DNA of 64,000 nt from Tubulanus polymorphus. Taxonomy: Eukaryota; Animalia; Nemertea. Of the stretch, positions 14,630 through 27,139 are shown piece by piece. The notes under the pieces are model-generated. The model did not search any database. It worked only from the letters and a program-made list of their open reading frames with translations, and had not been told where the DNA came from. Both the position numbers and the translations under genes were made by a program. Every line of letters begins with the position of its first letter. Positions within the stretch are counted from its first letter, which is position 1. The stretch covers positions 13,638,050-13,702,049 of the forward strand of contig NC_134026.1 of the NCBI RefSeq assembly GCF_964204645.1. The letters are read 5' to 3'.

Positions 14630-14880
14630 TCAACGGTGGATTTCGACAATGCATTTGATAAGGCTCAACATCAGCCATTACTGAACAGGCTATTAGGAAA
14701 CAGTATCAATGATAGGTCGCCCAAATGGCACAGCAGTTATCTCTGAACGGAAACTTGTAACCGAAATCAACGGAACGCCTATTCTCGGAATGAGACGGTC
14801 TAACTAGTGGAGTCACGCAAGGTAGTATCCTAAGTCGTCTTCTGTTTAATGTCCTGACAAATGACATACACAGTAATCCA
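14630..14880 (+). pseudogene. Degenerate CR1-like reverse transcriptase fragment
   Basis: AFDKAQHQPLLNRL and TSGVTQGSILSRLLFNVLTNDI resemble RT motifs AFD..H..LL.KL and SGVPQGS.LGP.LF....ND. Confidence 0.6.
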
Positions 14881-14949
14881 AAATACACCAGACCGAGTAA
14901 ATTTCCAAAACGACCTTAACACACTGTTCGACCAAAAAACTTAATGTTC

Positions 14950-17395
14950 CGACAAAACCACGGGGACAAAAGCAAAATTATGAATTGTCGCGGGTGACAA
15001 AACCAAAATATTGAATTGTCACGGGCGACAAAACAAAAATAATGAATTGTCGCGGGCGATAAAACCAAAATAATGAATTGTCGCGGGCGATAAAACCACA
15101 ATAATGAATTGTCGCGGGCGTTAAAACCAAAATATTGAATTGTCGCGGGCGATAAAACCAAAATAATGTATTGTCGCGGGCAACAAAACCAAACTAGGGG
15201 TCCAGGGACACCATGCTCACTTGGGAAGTGGTTTCAAATGCTCAACAATCTAACAATTTCAATACATAACGCCTTCATGTGAGCAGCTATGATTTTGTAA
15301 TTGATTGTGTTAACAAAATATGCCTCGTTACCAATTTAATATGGAAATACTAAGTTATTCTACTATTTAACGCCCCCTGGTGACCATATGCAAAACCCAA
15401 TGACCCTAAAACTCACCACAATCGTAGTACATGTCATGAAATACAACTTGCAATTGATCATAGTAACAAAATATGCCTAGGTTCCAATCTAATAAGGAAA
15501 AACTAAGCTTTTCTACTATTCAATGCCCCCTGATGACTATATGGAATAACTAATGTCCTTAAAAACTCACCACAATCATAGACGATGTCATGAACTACAA
15601 CTTTGCGATGGATCATGGTAACAAACTATGCCTAGGTACCAATCTAATAAGGAAAAACTAAGCTTTTCTACTATTCAACGCCCCCTGATGACTATATGGA
15701 ATAACTAATGTCCTTAAAAACTCACCACAATCATAGGCGATGTCATTTGTAATTGATCATGGTAACAAAATATGCCTTGGTACAAATATAATATAGCAAT
15801 ACTAAGTTATTGTATTATTCAACGCCCCCTGATGGCCACATACAAAAACCAATGACCTTGAAACTCACCAAAATCATAGAACACGTTATGGGCTACAACT
15901 TTCCAATTGAATATAGTAACACAATATGCTTAGGTATCAATTTAATGTGGAAAAAATTTTTCCCACCTACGAATGAGTACTGATGACACCAAGATGGCCG
16001 CCAATTGCGTCATAATTGGCTGATCAAAAATACCTGTCCCAGGTATAAAACATCCCTCTTTAAAGAATACCCATCAGCAATTGCAATGAGAAATGGCAAA
16101 CCAGTAGGAAGCTACAGGACCTAGAATTCTGGCCAAAATTGACATTTTTGGGCACTAAAAAGGTCATAGGACGGCCATCTTGAGTCAGATCGACCCAATT
16201 TTCTTATGCTGATGGGCCTTTGGTAGATTCAAATATTAACGAAAGATCAAGGTAATTGATCAAAGCGTCTTCAAAATTTCCCACGAAAACTTCGAAAATG
16301 TTTAAAAAGTGCTGATTTTGGCAAACAACAATGGCTGCCAGTCGACCATCTTGAATCTGACAGGGGCAGTTTTTGGGCTGACGATGTATCTAGGGTTGAT
16401 ACATGTATAAACCAAATATCAAGACATTACCTTGAAGCGTGTTAAAAACATCCCAAAATAACTAAAGTCCCAAGTGGACTGAAAAAGAATTGTCGCAGGC
16501 GATAAAACAAAAATATTGAATTGTCGCGGGTGATAAAACCAAAATATTGAATTGTCGCGGGCGACACAACCAAACTAATGAATTGTCGCGGGCGATAAAA
16601 CCAAACTATGAATTGTCGCGGGCGATAAAACAAAAATATTGAATTGTCGCGGGCGATAAAACCAAAATAATGAATTGTCTCGGGCGACAAAAACAAAATA
16701 TTGAATTGTCACGTGCGACAAAACCAAAATAATGAATTGTCGCGGGCGACAAAAACAAAATAATGAATTGTTGCGGGCGATAAAACCAAAATAATGAATT
16801 GTCTCGTGCGACAAAACCAAAATAATGAATTGTCGCGGGCGACAAAACCAAAACATTGAATTGTCGCGGGCGATAAAACCAAATAATGAATTGTCGCGGG
16901 TGACAAAACCAAAATATTGAATTGTCACCGGCGACAAAACAAAAATAATGAATTGTCGCGGGCGATAAAACCAAAATAATGAATTTTCGCGGGCGATAAA
17001 ACCACAATAATAAATTGTCGCGGGCGTTAAAACCAAAATAATGAATTGTCGCGGACGGCAAAAACAAAATATTGAATTTTCGTGTGCGATAAAACCAAAC
17101 TATGAATTGTCGCGGGCGATAAAACAAAAATATTGAATTGTCGCGGGCGATAAAACCAAAATAATGAATTGTCTCGGGCGACAAAAACAAAATATTGAAT
17201 TGTCACGTGCGACAAAACAAAAATAATGAATTGTCGCGGGCGATAAAACCAAAATAATGAATTTTCGCGGACGGCAAAAACAAAATATTGAATTGTTGCG
17301 TGCGACAAAACCAAAATAATGAATTGTCACGGGCGATAAAACCAAAATATTGAATTGTCGCGTGTGACAAAACCAAAATAATTAATTGTCGCGAA
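14950..17395 (+). repeat. 31-32-bp minisatellite array, split by a HINE at 15192-16485
   Basis: Unit aaaaccaaaataatgaattgtcgcgggcgat, in arrays at ~14950-15190 and ~16487-17395. Confidence 0.9.
15192..16485 (+). mobile_element. HINE-like family A copy
   Basis: Starts aactaggggtccagggacaccatgc, has ~120-bp internal repeats (ttcaacgccccctg.tgac), and ends ctaaagtcccaagtgg.ct. Paralog of 41778-43066. Confidence 0.75.
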
Positions 17396-18703
17396 AAAAA
17401 TCATTGTTTTCTCGCGTTATTTTAGTTTTGTCGTTTTGTCGTAATGTCGCCCTCATTTGCATATTCGTGTTTTTTTATCTCATCAGCCACCATACTAAAG
17501 CCTTAAGGTCGCGTAAAACTCGATAAACACTTCAAGCGACACAGCTAACGATCTCCTTTCCCCCACAGCGAACGCTTACTCCGAATGTCAAGTGTGAGTC
17601 CAGCATACGGATAGGAGTGTGTTATATACTTGTATTTAGTAAATACCTTGTGCATTTGACAATGATCGGTATGTACTGTAGGAAATATAGAGTATTGATA
17701 AATGGTTGAAGCCCGCGGCCGAATAAAGTAATATATTCTTTTATTTTGATACCTCGTCGACATAACAGCTTTTCTCCGCCATATCTCTTCGGCCTGTTTA
17801 GTTTAGGCCTACGATTCCCCGGTACACTAAAGATTTATCTTAGTAAATACACGGTTAATTCGGTAAAGAAAAATTGGTATTGTTAAACTAACTCCTTAAA
17901 ACCCGCCGCTAAATCACTGGTAGTAATAAATTAATTTGTACTCGATTTGATTCTCATGATGAGGAGAAACTCGCAGCTCATCCCCGGAACGTCGATGTAG
18001 TAACACACGTCGATTCGTCGATGTTTACGGCTCGACAGTGCTTTTAAAATCTAAAGTAGTAAATTTCCAGTGTATCGGTAATATGATTTGATGAGGAAAA
18101 TGGGCTATTGTTAAAATCACAGTTTTAAGACCGCGACTGAATGTGAAGTCTGCGGCAATAAATTAGTTCATTTATACTTGAATTGATAATCGAAGTGACA
18201 GTCGGCCAGCGGGTTGATTTCGGGATGACGACTCGAAAAACATGTCGCCCCATTGAATGGGGCTAAATTTTCGATGTTTACGGCCCGACAGCGCTTTTGT
18301 AACGATGATTCGTGAAAAAACACGCGGGCTATTTGTAGATCTCAGTGAGCTGAACGATATTATATGGATTGTATATGAAACAGCGGTAAGGTAACAAAGC
18401 CTATGTTCTTTTGGTAAAAATAGTGTGGAAGAAAATAATAATAATAATAATCACGCGGATATCAATAGGGTTTTCTGTGAAATAACAGAAAACCCTAATA
18501 ATCACGCGGATATCAATAGGGTTTTCTGTGAAATAACAGAAAACCCTAAAAATTCAAGATGGAGGGAAACATGAAGAAACCTGTTAAGGTTTATATGATA
18601 TTCATGCCACCCTCGTACACCCAATCACACTCTCTTTCACACTACATTCACACTGAAAATATTTAAGTGCTAGATGGCAGAGACTGGCAAGGTTAACGAA
18701 ACA

Positions 18704-21616
18704 TTAATTGAGAAGATACTGTTTGAGAGCACGTTTAAAAACTGGAGGGGATACTGATCCAATGATCTTCAGTGAGTAAGGTAAGTTATTCCAAGTTAAA
18801 GGGGCTGATACTTTTAATGAAAATTTCTTTCGATTGGTTCTAAATTGTTCTACTTTGAATGCATGACGGTTTCGAGTATGATGATGGTTAAAGTCGGAAT
18901 TTAATGAAAAATAATCTGAAAACGAGTTAGGCAGTAGTGAATTCTTATATTTAAATATGAAAAAGCACAATTGAAATTTCGTCATTGCTCGAAAAGTAAG
19001 GATACCTAAGTTTTTGAAGATGGGGGCTGTATGGTCAAAGAAGGTAACCTTCGATATTACCCTGATCGCACGCTTTTGAAGTAGGATTATTGGCCTGATT
19101 CTCGATTCGTAGTTATTGCCCCATATAAAATTGCAGTATTGGAGATACGGGTAAACAAAACTATAGTATAAGGTTTTCATCACTAAAACTGGCAATCGTC
19201 TTTTAACTCTATTCAAGACACCAATACTACGAGAGATCTTTTTACAGACAAATGATATATGGTCAGACCACGTCAGTTTACTATCAATATATAAACCAAG
19301 AAATTTTGTGGAATGAACTTGCTTTATTGGGGCATTTCCAATTTTTATGGCACAAGGGGTACCCTTGAAATTTCCGAAAATCATAAAATAACATTTTTCA
19401 AGGTTAAGAGACAATTTATTAACTTGAAACCACATTCGAAGTTTGATGAGTTCATTGTTTATCAGTTGGAATATCTTCTTATGATCTTTTGAATAAGCGA
19501 AGCATGTTGTGTCATCTGCAAAAAGGGTGAAGTCAAGAATTTTTGAAGCATTGACACAATCATTTATGAATAATAGATATAGAAGAGGACCGAGAATAGA
19601 ACCTTGGGGAACTCCGATAGTTATACCCCTTCTTGACGAGTTAATACCATTAAAACAAACAATTTGACCACGATCAGACAGGTAACTTTCGAACCATTTG
19701 AGAGGTAAACCCCGAATACCATAGTGATCTAATTTACCGAGCAGAATTGTGTGGTTGACCGTGTCGAATGCCTTCTTTAGGTCTAAGAAAATGCCTATGG
19801 CTGAATATTTTTTATCAAGGTATGATGTTAGGGTGTCTGTTACTTTGGCAAGAGCAAGTGCTGTGGAATGATTTGATCGAAAACCGAATTGATTTGAAGA
19901 AATAACGTTATGTTTATTGGGAAAGGAGGATAATCTGTGTAAGACCAGCTTTTCTAAAATCTTTGAAAATACCGGAAGAATAGAGATTGGACGATAATTA
20001 TTGAAATTTTCAGAATCTCCTGATTTAAATAACGGGTAAACTTTGGCTTGTTTCATGTCAGACGGAACAATACCATTATAGAAGCTACAATTAAATATAT
20101 GCGATAAAGGAGCATTTATTAGATCTATTGTGTCTTTAAGTAAAGATGAACTAATACCATCCAACCCTGCACTTTTTTTCAGATAAAAATGTCTAACTAT
20201 AGATTCAATTTCACAAGGATTAGTAGGAAACATTAAGAAATTTTCGTTAGTACGATTTTTCAGGTAATATGTGTAGTTGTGACCAGGGAAATCAGGTATA
20301 GTCTCAGAAATTTGTGAGCCTATTTTAGAAAAGAAATCGTTAAACCCACACGCTATGCGATAGTCGCCTTTGAATTCCTGGTTATTTTGTTTAAGAACAC
20401 TAGGTAAAATAGGAGAAGATGATTTACGAAGTATCTGGTTAATAAGTTTCCATTTAAGTTTCATATCAGTACCTATATCGGTAAACTTTTGAGAATAATA
20501 ATCAGATTCAGCTTTTCTTAAGATTTTAGTAAGAATGTTTTTATAAGAATTGTAACTATTCTTGACATCCACGGATGTAGAACGAATTGATTTCTTATAA
20601 AGTCGGTTTTTGTGCTTAATGGAGTTAAATATCGCTGGAGTAATCCACGGCTTCTCGAGGCGTTGTCTATCATTTAGTTAGGTCGGGAGAAGGGGAAAAG
20701 CTTCATTAAACGCAAGATTAATTTTATTTGAAAAATTATGGTAGGACTGATCAACTTCTGAGCATGAATAAATATCATTCCAATCAGTGCTTAATAGGAG
20801 TCTACGATACTTGGATATATTTTTAGCACAGTAAGAACGCTTCATATTTTGTCTGTTATTTGAACAATTTAAAATCTTCTTGCACATTGTAAAAACAGGA
20901 TAATGATCCGATAAATCAGTACAAATAATCCCGGACGTATGATTAACATTTAAATCATTAGTAAAGATATTATCAATAACAGTGGATGTGTTCGTGGTTA
21001 CTCTGGTAGGCTTATCAATCAATGGAAAAAAAGATGATGAAACCAGAGTATCCACGAACACCTCAGTATTTCTGTGCTCATCAAATTTGGATAAATCTAT
21101 ATTATAGTCACCGATAAGGTAACACCGTTTGTTTTCGCGATTGATATTTACAAGTAGTTTTTCAAACTCTTCAACAAAGGGATCGAGCCTTCCTCCTGGG
21201 GGTCTATAAATTACTCCCATAATGATATTGGAGCGTTTTCCCATATCAATCTCGATAAAAAGAGATTCGAATTTAAGAGAACTTGGTGCGATATCGTTGC
21301 GGGTTTTATATTTCAATGAGTTCTTGATGTAAAGAGCTACTCCACCACCCTGGGTTTCGATCCTGGAATTGAATGCGCTTGAATAACCAGGGATATTATA
21401 CATTATACTATTATCATGGTCATCATTTGTCCATGTCTCTGTGAATCCTAGAACAGAAAATTTATCGGCCGAATAGTAGAGAAAATCCGTTATTTTATCA
21501 AAATTTGAATTGAAACTCCTGGCATTATGTGAAAAAAAAGATAAATTATCTCCACTTGAGAGCAATTCATTTTCGTCGTAATAACGACAGGTATTATTGC
21601 CTGATATATCAACCAT
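18704..21616 (-). CDS. LINE ORF2 (APE endonuclease plus reverse transcriptase) with one in-frame stop at 20678-20680
   Basis: Endonuclease motifs HNARS, FTETW, GGGVALY, IYRPP, GDYN, IDNIF and SDHYPV. Reading through the TAA gives KPWIT and the same frame as the RT, with NYRPIS, QFGFR, DLKKAFDTV, GVPQGSILGP and FADD. Confidence 0.93.
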
Positions 21617-21689
21617 AGAATAAATGTTCTAGTCGAGTGAACACATTAATGTCAACATTGACCCGAGTCGGGACACTCTTTCAAGAGTC

Positions 21690-23033
21690 TTATTCATCAT
21701 CGCCATCTGATTCCACATTTGGTTTTTTCGCTAATTTTTCCGCACTGGGTGGAGAGGTCACCGATCTATTCTTTCTTTTGTTATTTGATGGCGTAGACGT
21801 AATGTCAGGTTTAAGAACAGATTCAAAGTTACTGGAAAGTGCCGACTTTCCTAAATCATTAAGATGCACCCCGCGACTATCACTGACGTTGTAATACCTA
21901 TCTCGAATGTTGCCTGTAGGTTTGATGATCACATCATTATTTATATAAATCATATTTTGCTTAACACAAAACGCCTCCATATATCTATTTACGAAACCAA
22001 CCGCTGCATTATACTCTTTTACAGTAGGAGATGACCCCTTTTTAGGTATGATGCTTGATACGCAAATTTTCGATTTCGGGAAATGCTCCTGAACTTTCGC
22101 TAACCCAATGGTGAAGTTCATTTTAACACTGTCAACATCGGATCTATGACGATTAATGTCGTTAGTTCCGAGATGGACCACGACACTTTCAACAGAATCG
22201 GGATGGGCAATATTTGAGCTAACTTTCGAGAGTAGTTGGTCGATGTATTCAACAGTTGCTCCTGACTGATGAATTACTTTTCCATCGGGGTATTGAAAAT
22301 CCCGCATGTTTGAGTCTCCAAGAATGACAACTTTCGTGCCGGATGGTTGATCAATTGGCTGGTCAATTGAGTGGTCGATTTTAGTACTGTCACTCACTGC
22401 CCGATCTACTCCACCCGCAGGTGCAGAGATCGGCTGTGACATTTTACCACAATCTCGCGCTTTATGGTTTAAACTACCACACCGGTAACACTCGACTGGT
22501 TTTGATCTGAGCTGGCATTCATATGCATTATGATCACCTAGGCAAAACTGACAGCAAAAGCCCGTACCGAAAATCCTGATATTGAAACCGTTGATTTTTG
22601 TGTATGTCAGAATAACCTCAATGACGTTTTTTAACTTAAGATACCTAGTCCGAGTATATATGCTAGTACCTTTAATTCGTCCCATTTTAAATGATCCTTC
22701 AGCATATTCTCCATATTTGGAAACAAAGTTGATAATCGTTTGATCTGACATTTCTATCGGCGCGTCAACTATTTTCAACGCCATGTAGTTCTCACTTGCA
22801 TCAACCAGATTAATGACGTTATCGTTTATTGTCAGACCCAAATGTTGAATCCGATTCTTTGTCTCTAAATCCTTAGCCGTTATTATACATAGTTTTGAAG
22901 TGATCTGGATAGATAATATACAGTTACTCACATTATCTAGTATTTGAGCTAACGCCTCGAATACTTGCTGGTGCGAAGGTTTCATTCCATCTAACTCAAA
23001 TTTGAGTGATTTATCCCTATTTTATCCACTCAT
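21690..23033 (-). CDS. LINE ORF1: putative RRM-like region, CCHC knuckles and SGNH esterase domain
   Basis: 431-aa ORF from 22985; an upstream in-frame ATG at 23033 is followed by a TAA at codon 4. Knuckles are CQFCLGDHNAYEC and CYRCGSLNHKARDC. SGNH blocks are VILGDSN, HLGTND and DSRGVHLN. Confidence 0.85.
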
Positions 23034-23301
23034 TTTTTCATTCAATGATACGACTGATCAGTCCCGAAATGAATATCCGTATATAACGATGAAGAATCAA
23101 ATTGTAACGATTGAAATTACAAGTATGACTTTAACGATTGAAATTACAAGTATAACTTGGACGATCGTACGTACGTGACAGCTATTCCGCCATCTTGAAT
23201 CAAAAAAAATTGTATGTTATACCTACAAAAACCACTAATTATAAGTGGCAGGAGAGGGTAAATTAATTACAATTAATTACAAAATACTGGCAGTGAAAGG
23301 G

Positions 23302-23705
23302 TTAAAATCCTAGTCTTTACATTCAAATCCCTAAACGGTCTTGCATCACAATATCTACAGTCACTTGTGCAATATAAATCATCAGAGTTTTAAGATCTAA
23401 CAATCAATCCCTGCTAGTTATTCCCCGTGTTAGTCTTGTCTCAGCCAGGCATAGAGCCTTCGCCTACTCTGCCCTAGTACTCTGGAATAATTTACCTAGT
23501 CCGATTAAATCTAGTCGATGTTGTTAAATCTAATCTCAAAACCCATTTGTTCATCAAAGCTTTGAAATTAAACCAGTTTAGTTTTCTCTGTTTTATGTTC
23601 GCTTCTTTTATATGATGTAATGCAAATGAGCATGCATACTTTATATGGATTTCAGGCTGAACAAATTATTATGATTATTGTTTTTATATTATTATCATTA
23701 TTACA
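23302..23705 (+). pseudogene. L2-clade LINE relic, 3' piece and (TTA)n-like tail
   Basis: Removing 13545-23301 and one TTAA restores the frame ...HIQF-KILVFTFKSLNGLASQYL. The piece ends in an attatt-rich tail. Confidence 0.85.
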
Positions 23706-25041
23706 TGGCTGTGACAATAAACTACTGCTTTGTGAAGTTTCGATACCCTATATACAATGGTTTGGAAGTTAGGAGGATTCAATGAGTTAATTTCATTCAG
23801 ATGCAAATCATCTGGAACGCACAGGACTCAACATTAAAGCTGCCAGCAGGTTAAAGGTTAAAGCGTCTTCAAAATATCCCTTGAAAACTTAAAATGTGTA
23901 AAACGTGCTGATTTTGGCGAACAACAATAACTACCAGTCGGCCATCTTGAGTCTGATCAGACCAGTTTTTGGGCTGAAGATGTGTCTTGGGTAGATTCAT
24001 GTATAAACCAAATATCAAGACATTACCTTGAAGCGTCTTCACAACTACCCAAAATAACTGGACAAATGGTCGGACGACAGACGAAAAGTGAACAAAATAG
24101 CCCGCTTGGGACTTAATTAGTGGGCTAAAAATGACATTTTGTACTGGTATATGTGTGAGTTAACTATTGAATGAGATCATAATAAGCATTATGACTAATT
24201 AAGCACTACTTGATTTTTAACTCAACTAACTTGAAGTCATTCAATTTAGTAAAAAGTTGTCATCTTTCAGATTTGTCGCATGGGCCTGAAGACAATACTT
24301 GAAAAGAAACCACATTGGTACCTATGGACTAAAGGGCTATGCTTATTCGACTGAATTCCATTACGTGCCAGATTGAAACAAACTACTTTCTTATGATTAT
24401 TGTCACGATTGGAAAAGTCGCAGGAAGGGGACTATGAAAGCACCCTATCTTTGGTATCCTCAAAGCCATTTTGACTAAGCATGATACATCAGTAAGCTAA
24501 CATTTTTGGTAGTAGTATTAATAGATCCAAGTATCCAGGATACGTGTTGACCCCTTAGTTGCACTCCTTCAAAATAGTTGTATGTTATTAAATTATTATT
24601 TCGATGAAATCTTTGTACGCTTCTTCCCAGTGTGACATCTAAACCAGCAAGGCAGACCCCCATCATCGCTACTTTGCAGCTATATTCATTATTATCATCT
24701 TTTTCCCATTTCCACACCATTTTTGTTTTAAGTGCATAGGCTTTCTTGCCTGACCGCTGTTGCTGACACAATCTGTATATCCTTCAGCTCACATCAATCT
24801 ACAGGTACTCCATCAGAATTTTGAGAAGTCAACGTTATTAAAGCACTGTTAAGCCGTTAACATGGTCCCGTTCAATGATTCGCCATGTTCTGTTTTCTTC
24901 CTGACATCTCTTTCTACTTTTTCAAGAAGAGCTATTTCCCTCTCTACGCCACATTCAATTCAAAGTCAATTTTATGAATTTATCGCTCGTAATTGCTAGG
25001 GGGTCCGAAACCAAGAGTATGCGAATCTGTTCTTCTCTGAA

Positions 25042-25238
25042 TAAGCCTGGGATGCTTATACTCGGGGATCACACGGAAGCTTATGATTAATCAATCACAT
25101 GATAGTTTGGGTTTCCCCGGGGAAGTTTTAAGTAACCTGCTCTAAGAGTCGCTCACTTTAAACTTCCCTGGGGAAGCCCAAACTATAACGTGACTGATTG
25201 ATCAACTGCATCTAGGTGATTCGGGTATACCCAGGCTT
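25042..25238. mobile_element. Degenerate fold-back MITE
   Basis: Ends aagcctggg / cccaggctt, with inner inverted arms atagtttgggtttccccggggaagttt / aaacttccctggggaagcccaaactat. Confidence 0.55.
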
Positions 25239-27075
25239 ACTTGGAGGAGATAATGCAACGCATTAGTATGGCATTACATTTAGACAATTCAGTTTCAGCG
25301 AGAATAGAAACAAACAAAAAGCATCAGGTTATTATTGATGGTCTAAATGTGTTTGGTTGATTCTAACACGCAGTTGACTCAGGTAATTGGAAGGCCCTTG
25401 CCGTTGGTGCTTACCATTGCCGTTGGTGCTAGGTCCGAGACCAACACCAAAGCAATTCATAATCTATTGAATGTTCTATTGCTTAATGAGGACACCATGG
25501 GTAAGTTTGGTTACAAAGCTGAATCGCATTGCACATTTACACAGGGGTTGCATAAAAGGTTCGAATCTGTCAATGCAATACATATGTATTCAAATTTTCT
25601 ACAATTCCCATCATTCTGAACAGAATGGTGCGGGTTTGTAGAAACCTGTTACACTTATTGCTGTTTTCTGTGACATCAGATAACAACAGATAGCGGACAT
25701 AAATTCTTTTACTTTTATGTATTGTATCTTTTTGTACTCAAGAAAATCTGGAATTCTCGGCCGGAGATCTCAAATCCAGAGAAATCAAACAAGTGCCTAA
25801 AAGGGCACTATGGCCAGCCTGTCGTCTTTTCACAAATGATGAACTCTGTGGGTTATATTAGGCAAAATACATCCCCCGCTCAGAGTCAATAATTATATTT
25901 TACACAGTACATTCTATTTTCATGAATAGTATAGATGGGGAACTGGCAGGAACATATACCTCAGATCAATCTTTTCTTTTTTTGAATACAAAAAAGGATT
26001 GAAATGGATTTTCTGAAATTAGTTCAATGAAGTAAAATTGAATTGGTTTTGATAGTTTTTGCAGAATAAAATCTGATTGAATTTGCAGTTCGAGCATATG
26101 GCTAATTAGCATATCAAGGTCATCCATCCGATTCGAGAAAAAGCTATTTTCCCCACACTTTGCATAATTGTCAATGATATTTCCGTAGAGCATTTAAAAA
26201 TATTCCACTCAAAAATCAAATCAACTAAACACTTCATATATATCGATCTTGAAATACTATTTTTGCGACTGAGCCATTCATAGAGGAGTCTTTGCTTACT
26301 GACTGGCTATATAGAATTGATATTTTTGCATTCAGATTTTCCCACAAAAGCTCATGTAAAATTTAAGGACCTTTTCAAAATTCAGCTCCCTAAGATTTAC
26401 AAAATGGAAAATGCTTTGATGAATGATTTGCATGAATATATGCTCAGTTGCACAGTCAGGGCCTTAGCTGTGGAAACCATGTCATTCAAATTCGATCCAT
26501 TTGTATAGTAATAGGCTCAGCCTACAGCCGACCTAAAAAAAAGCGACTAGGAAAATATGCAATTGCCTCAATTATGACTTCCACTCAAATTTTCTGAAAA
26601 TTCCATCTAAACTTGGCACCATTTTTTTAATAATAAATTAATCATAACTTCAACTCTTTAATTTTCATTCTAGATTAATATTCTATATACAATTGGAACA
26701 ACAGCTGGTGTCATAAGTATGACTAAATATGAATTGATCTTTTGACTGTTGTATTGACGCCATTTAAAATGTATTGAGTACGATTTCTATAGAATTGTGT
26801 CAGATACTTCCAGAATTGTGAATTATACCATCATCGATGGTTCTGATGGGATAGCCAGTTCCCCATTATCAAATATCAAGACTATGAGTTAAAATTTGTA
26901 ACTTTGATAGACTCCTTCCTGTAAAAACCCTTTACCATCTACAAATCAGGACTGATGACACTAAGATGGCCATTGATTGCATGATAATTGACCTATTGGG
27001 AAACCCATCTGTAATGTTGAAGATCACTTTCCAAAGTATACCCACCAATAATTTCAATGAAAAATCAAAACCTAC

Positions 27076-27139
27076 CTATAAAATCATACATTTGTACATT
27101 CTTCACCGACTCATGAATGAAATAAAGATTTCCAAGAGC
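27076..27139 (-). CDS. INPP5A: INPP5A-like exon
   Basis: 64-bp exon with cttttcttttcag acceptor and gtaggt donor. Phase 0 start; encodes ALGNLYFIHESVKNVQMYDFI, versus recalled ALGSFYFLHESLKNIYQFDFK. Confidence 0.92.

Larger units (their letters stand above)
14575..18547 (+). mobile_element. HINE-like element inserted into the 3' UTR of the CR1/Crack LINE
   Basis: Starts aagtatagctgcaaagcagcgataac, the same family as 6690. Ends with a duplicated 51-bp unit containing the hairpin agggttttctgt..acagaaaaccct. Confidence 0.6.
14502..23201 (-). mobile_element. Full-length CR1/Crack-type LINE (3' UTR split by a nested HINE)
   Basis: 5' end attcaagatggcgg at ~23200, then ORF1, ORF2 and the 3' UTR to ~18550. 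On the other side of the HINE it resumes with AATAAA and a (TAA)n tail at ~14502-14574. Confidence 0.8.
13545..23301 (+). mobile_element. Internally deleted piggyBac element with nested insertions
   Basis: TTAA TSD at 13541-13544 and 23302-23305. TIR ccctataactgcc / ggcagtgaaaggg (11/13). The relic at 13801-14124 joins an acidic N-terminus directly to the piggyBac-type Cys-rich tail IPLCPYPCFKIWH. Confidence 0.85.

Noticed and set aside
14916-17345. Many overlapping minus-strand ORFs, or a CRISPR-like periodic array
   Set aside because: These are translations of a stop-poor 31-32-bp minisatellite. There are no unique spacers or cas genes, and the context is eukaryotic.
20572-20680. Separate endonuclease and RT genes, or programmed readthrough
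   Set aside because: Both are in the same frame with a single TAA; this is most simply a nonsense mutation in one ORF2.
18552-23200. 11-bp inverted match attcaagatgg / ccatcttgaat at the apparent LINE ends, suggesting TIRs
   Set aside because: The left copy is part of the 3' UTR stem that pairs with 14533-14543 once the HINE is removed. The motif is also very common in local repeats.
24475-24890. 98-aa minus-strand ORF in non-repetitive-looking sequence
   Set aside because: No recognisable domain and stops in adjoining frames; cannot be supported.
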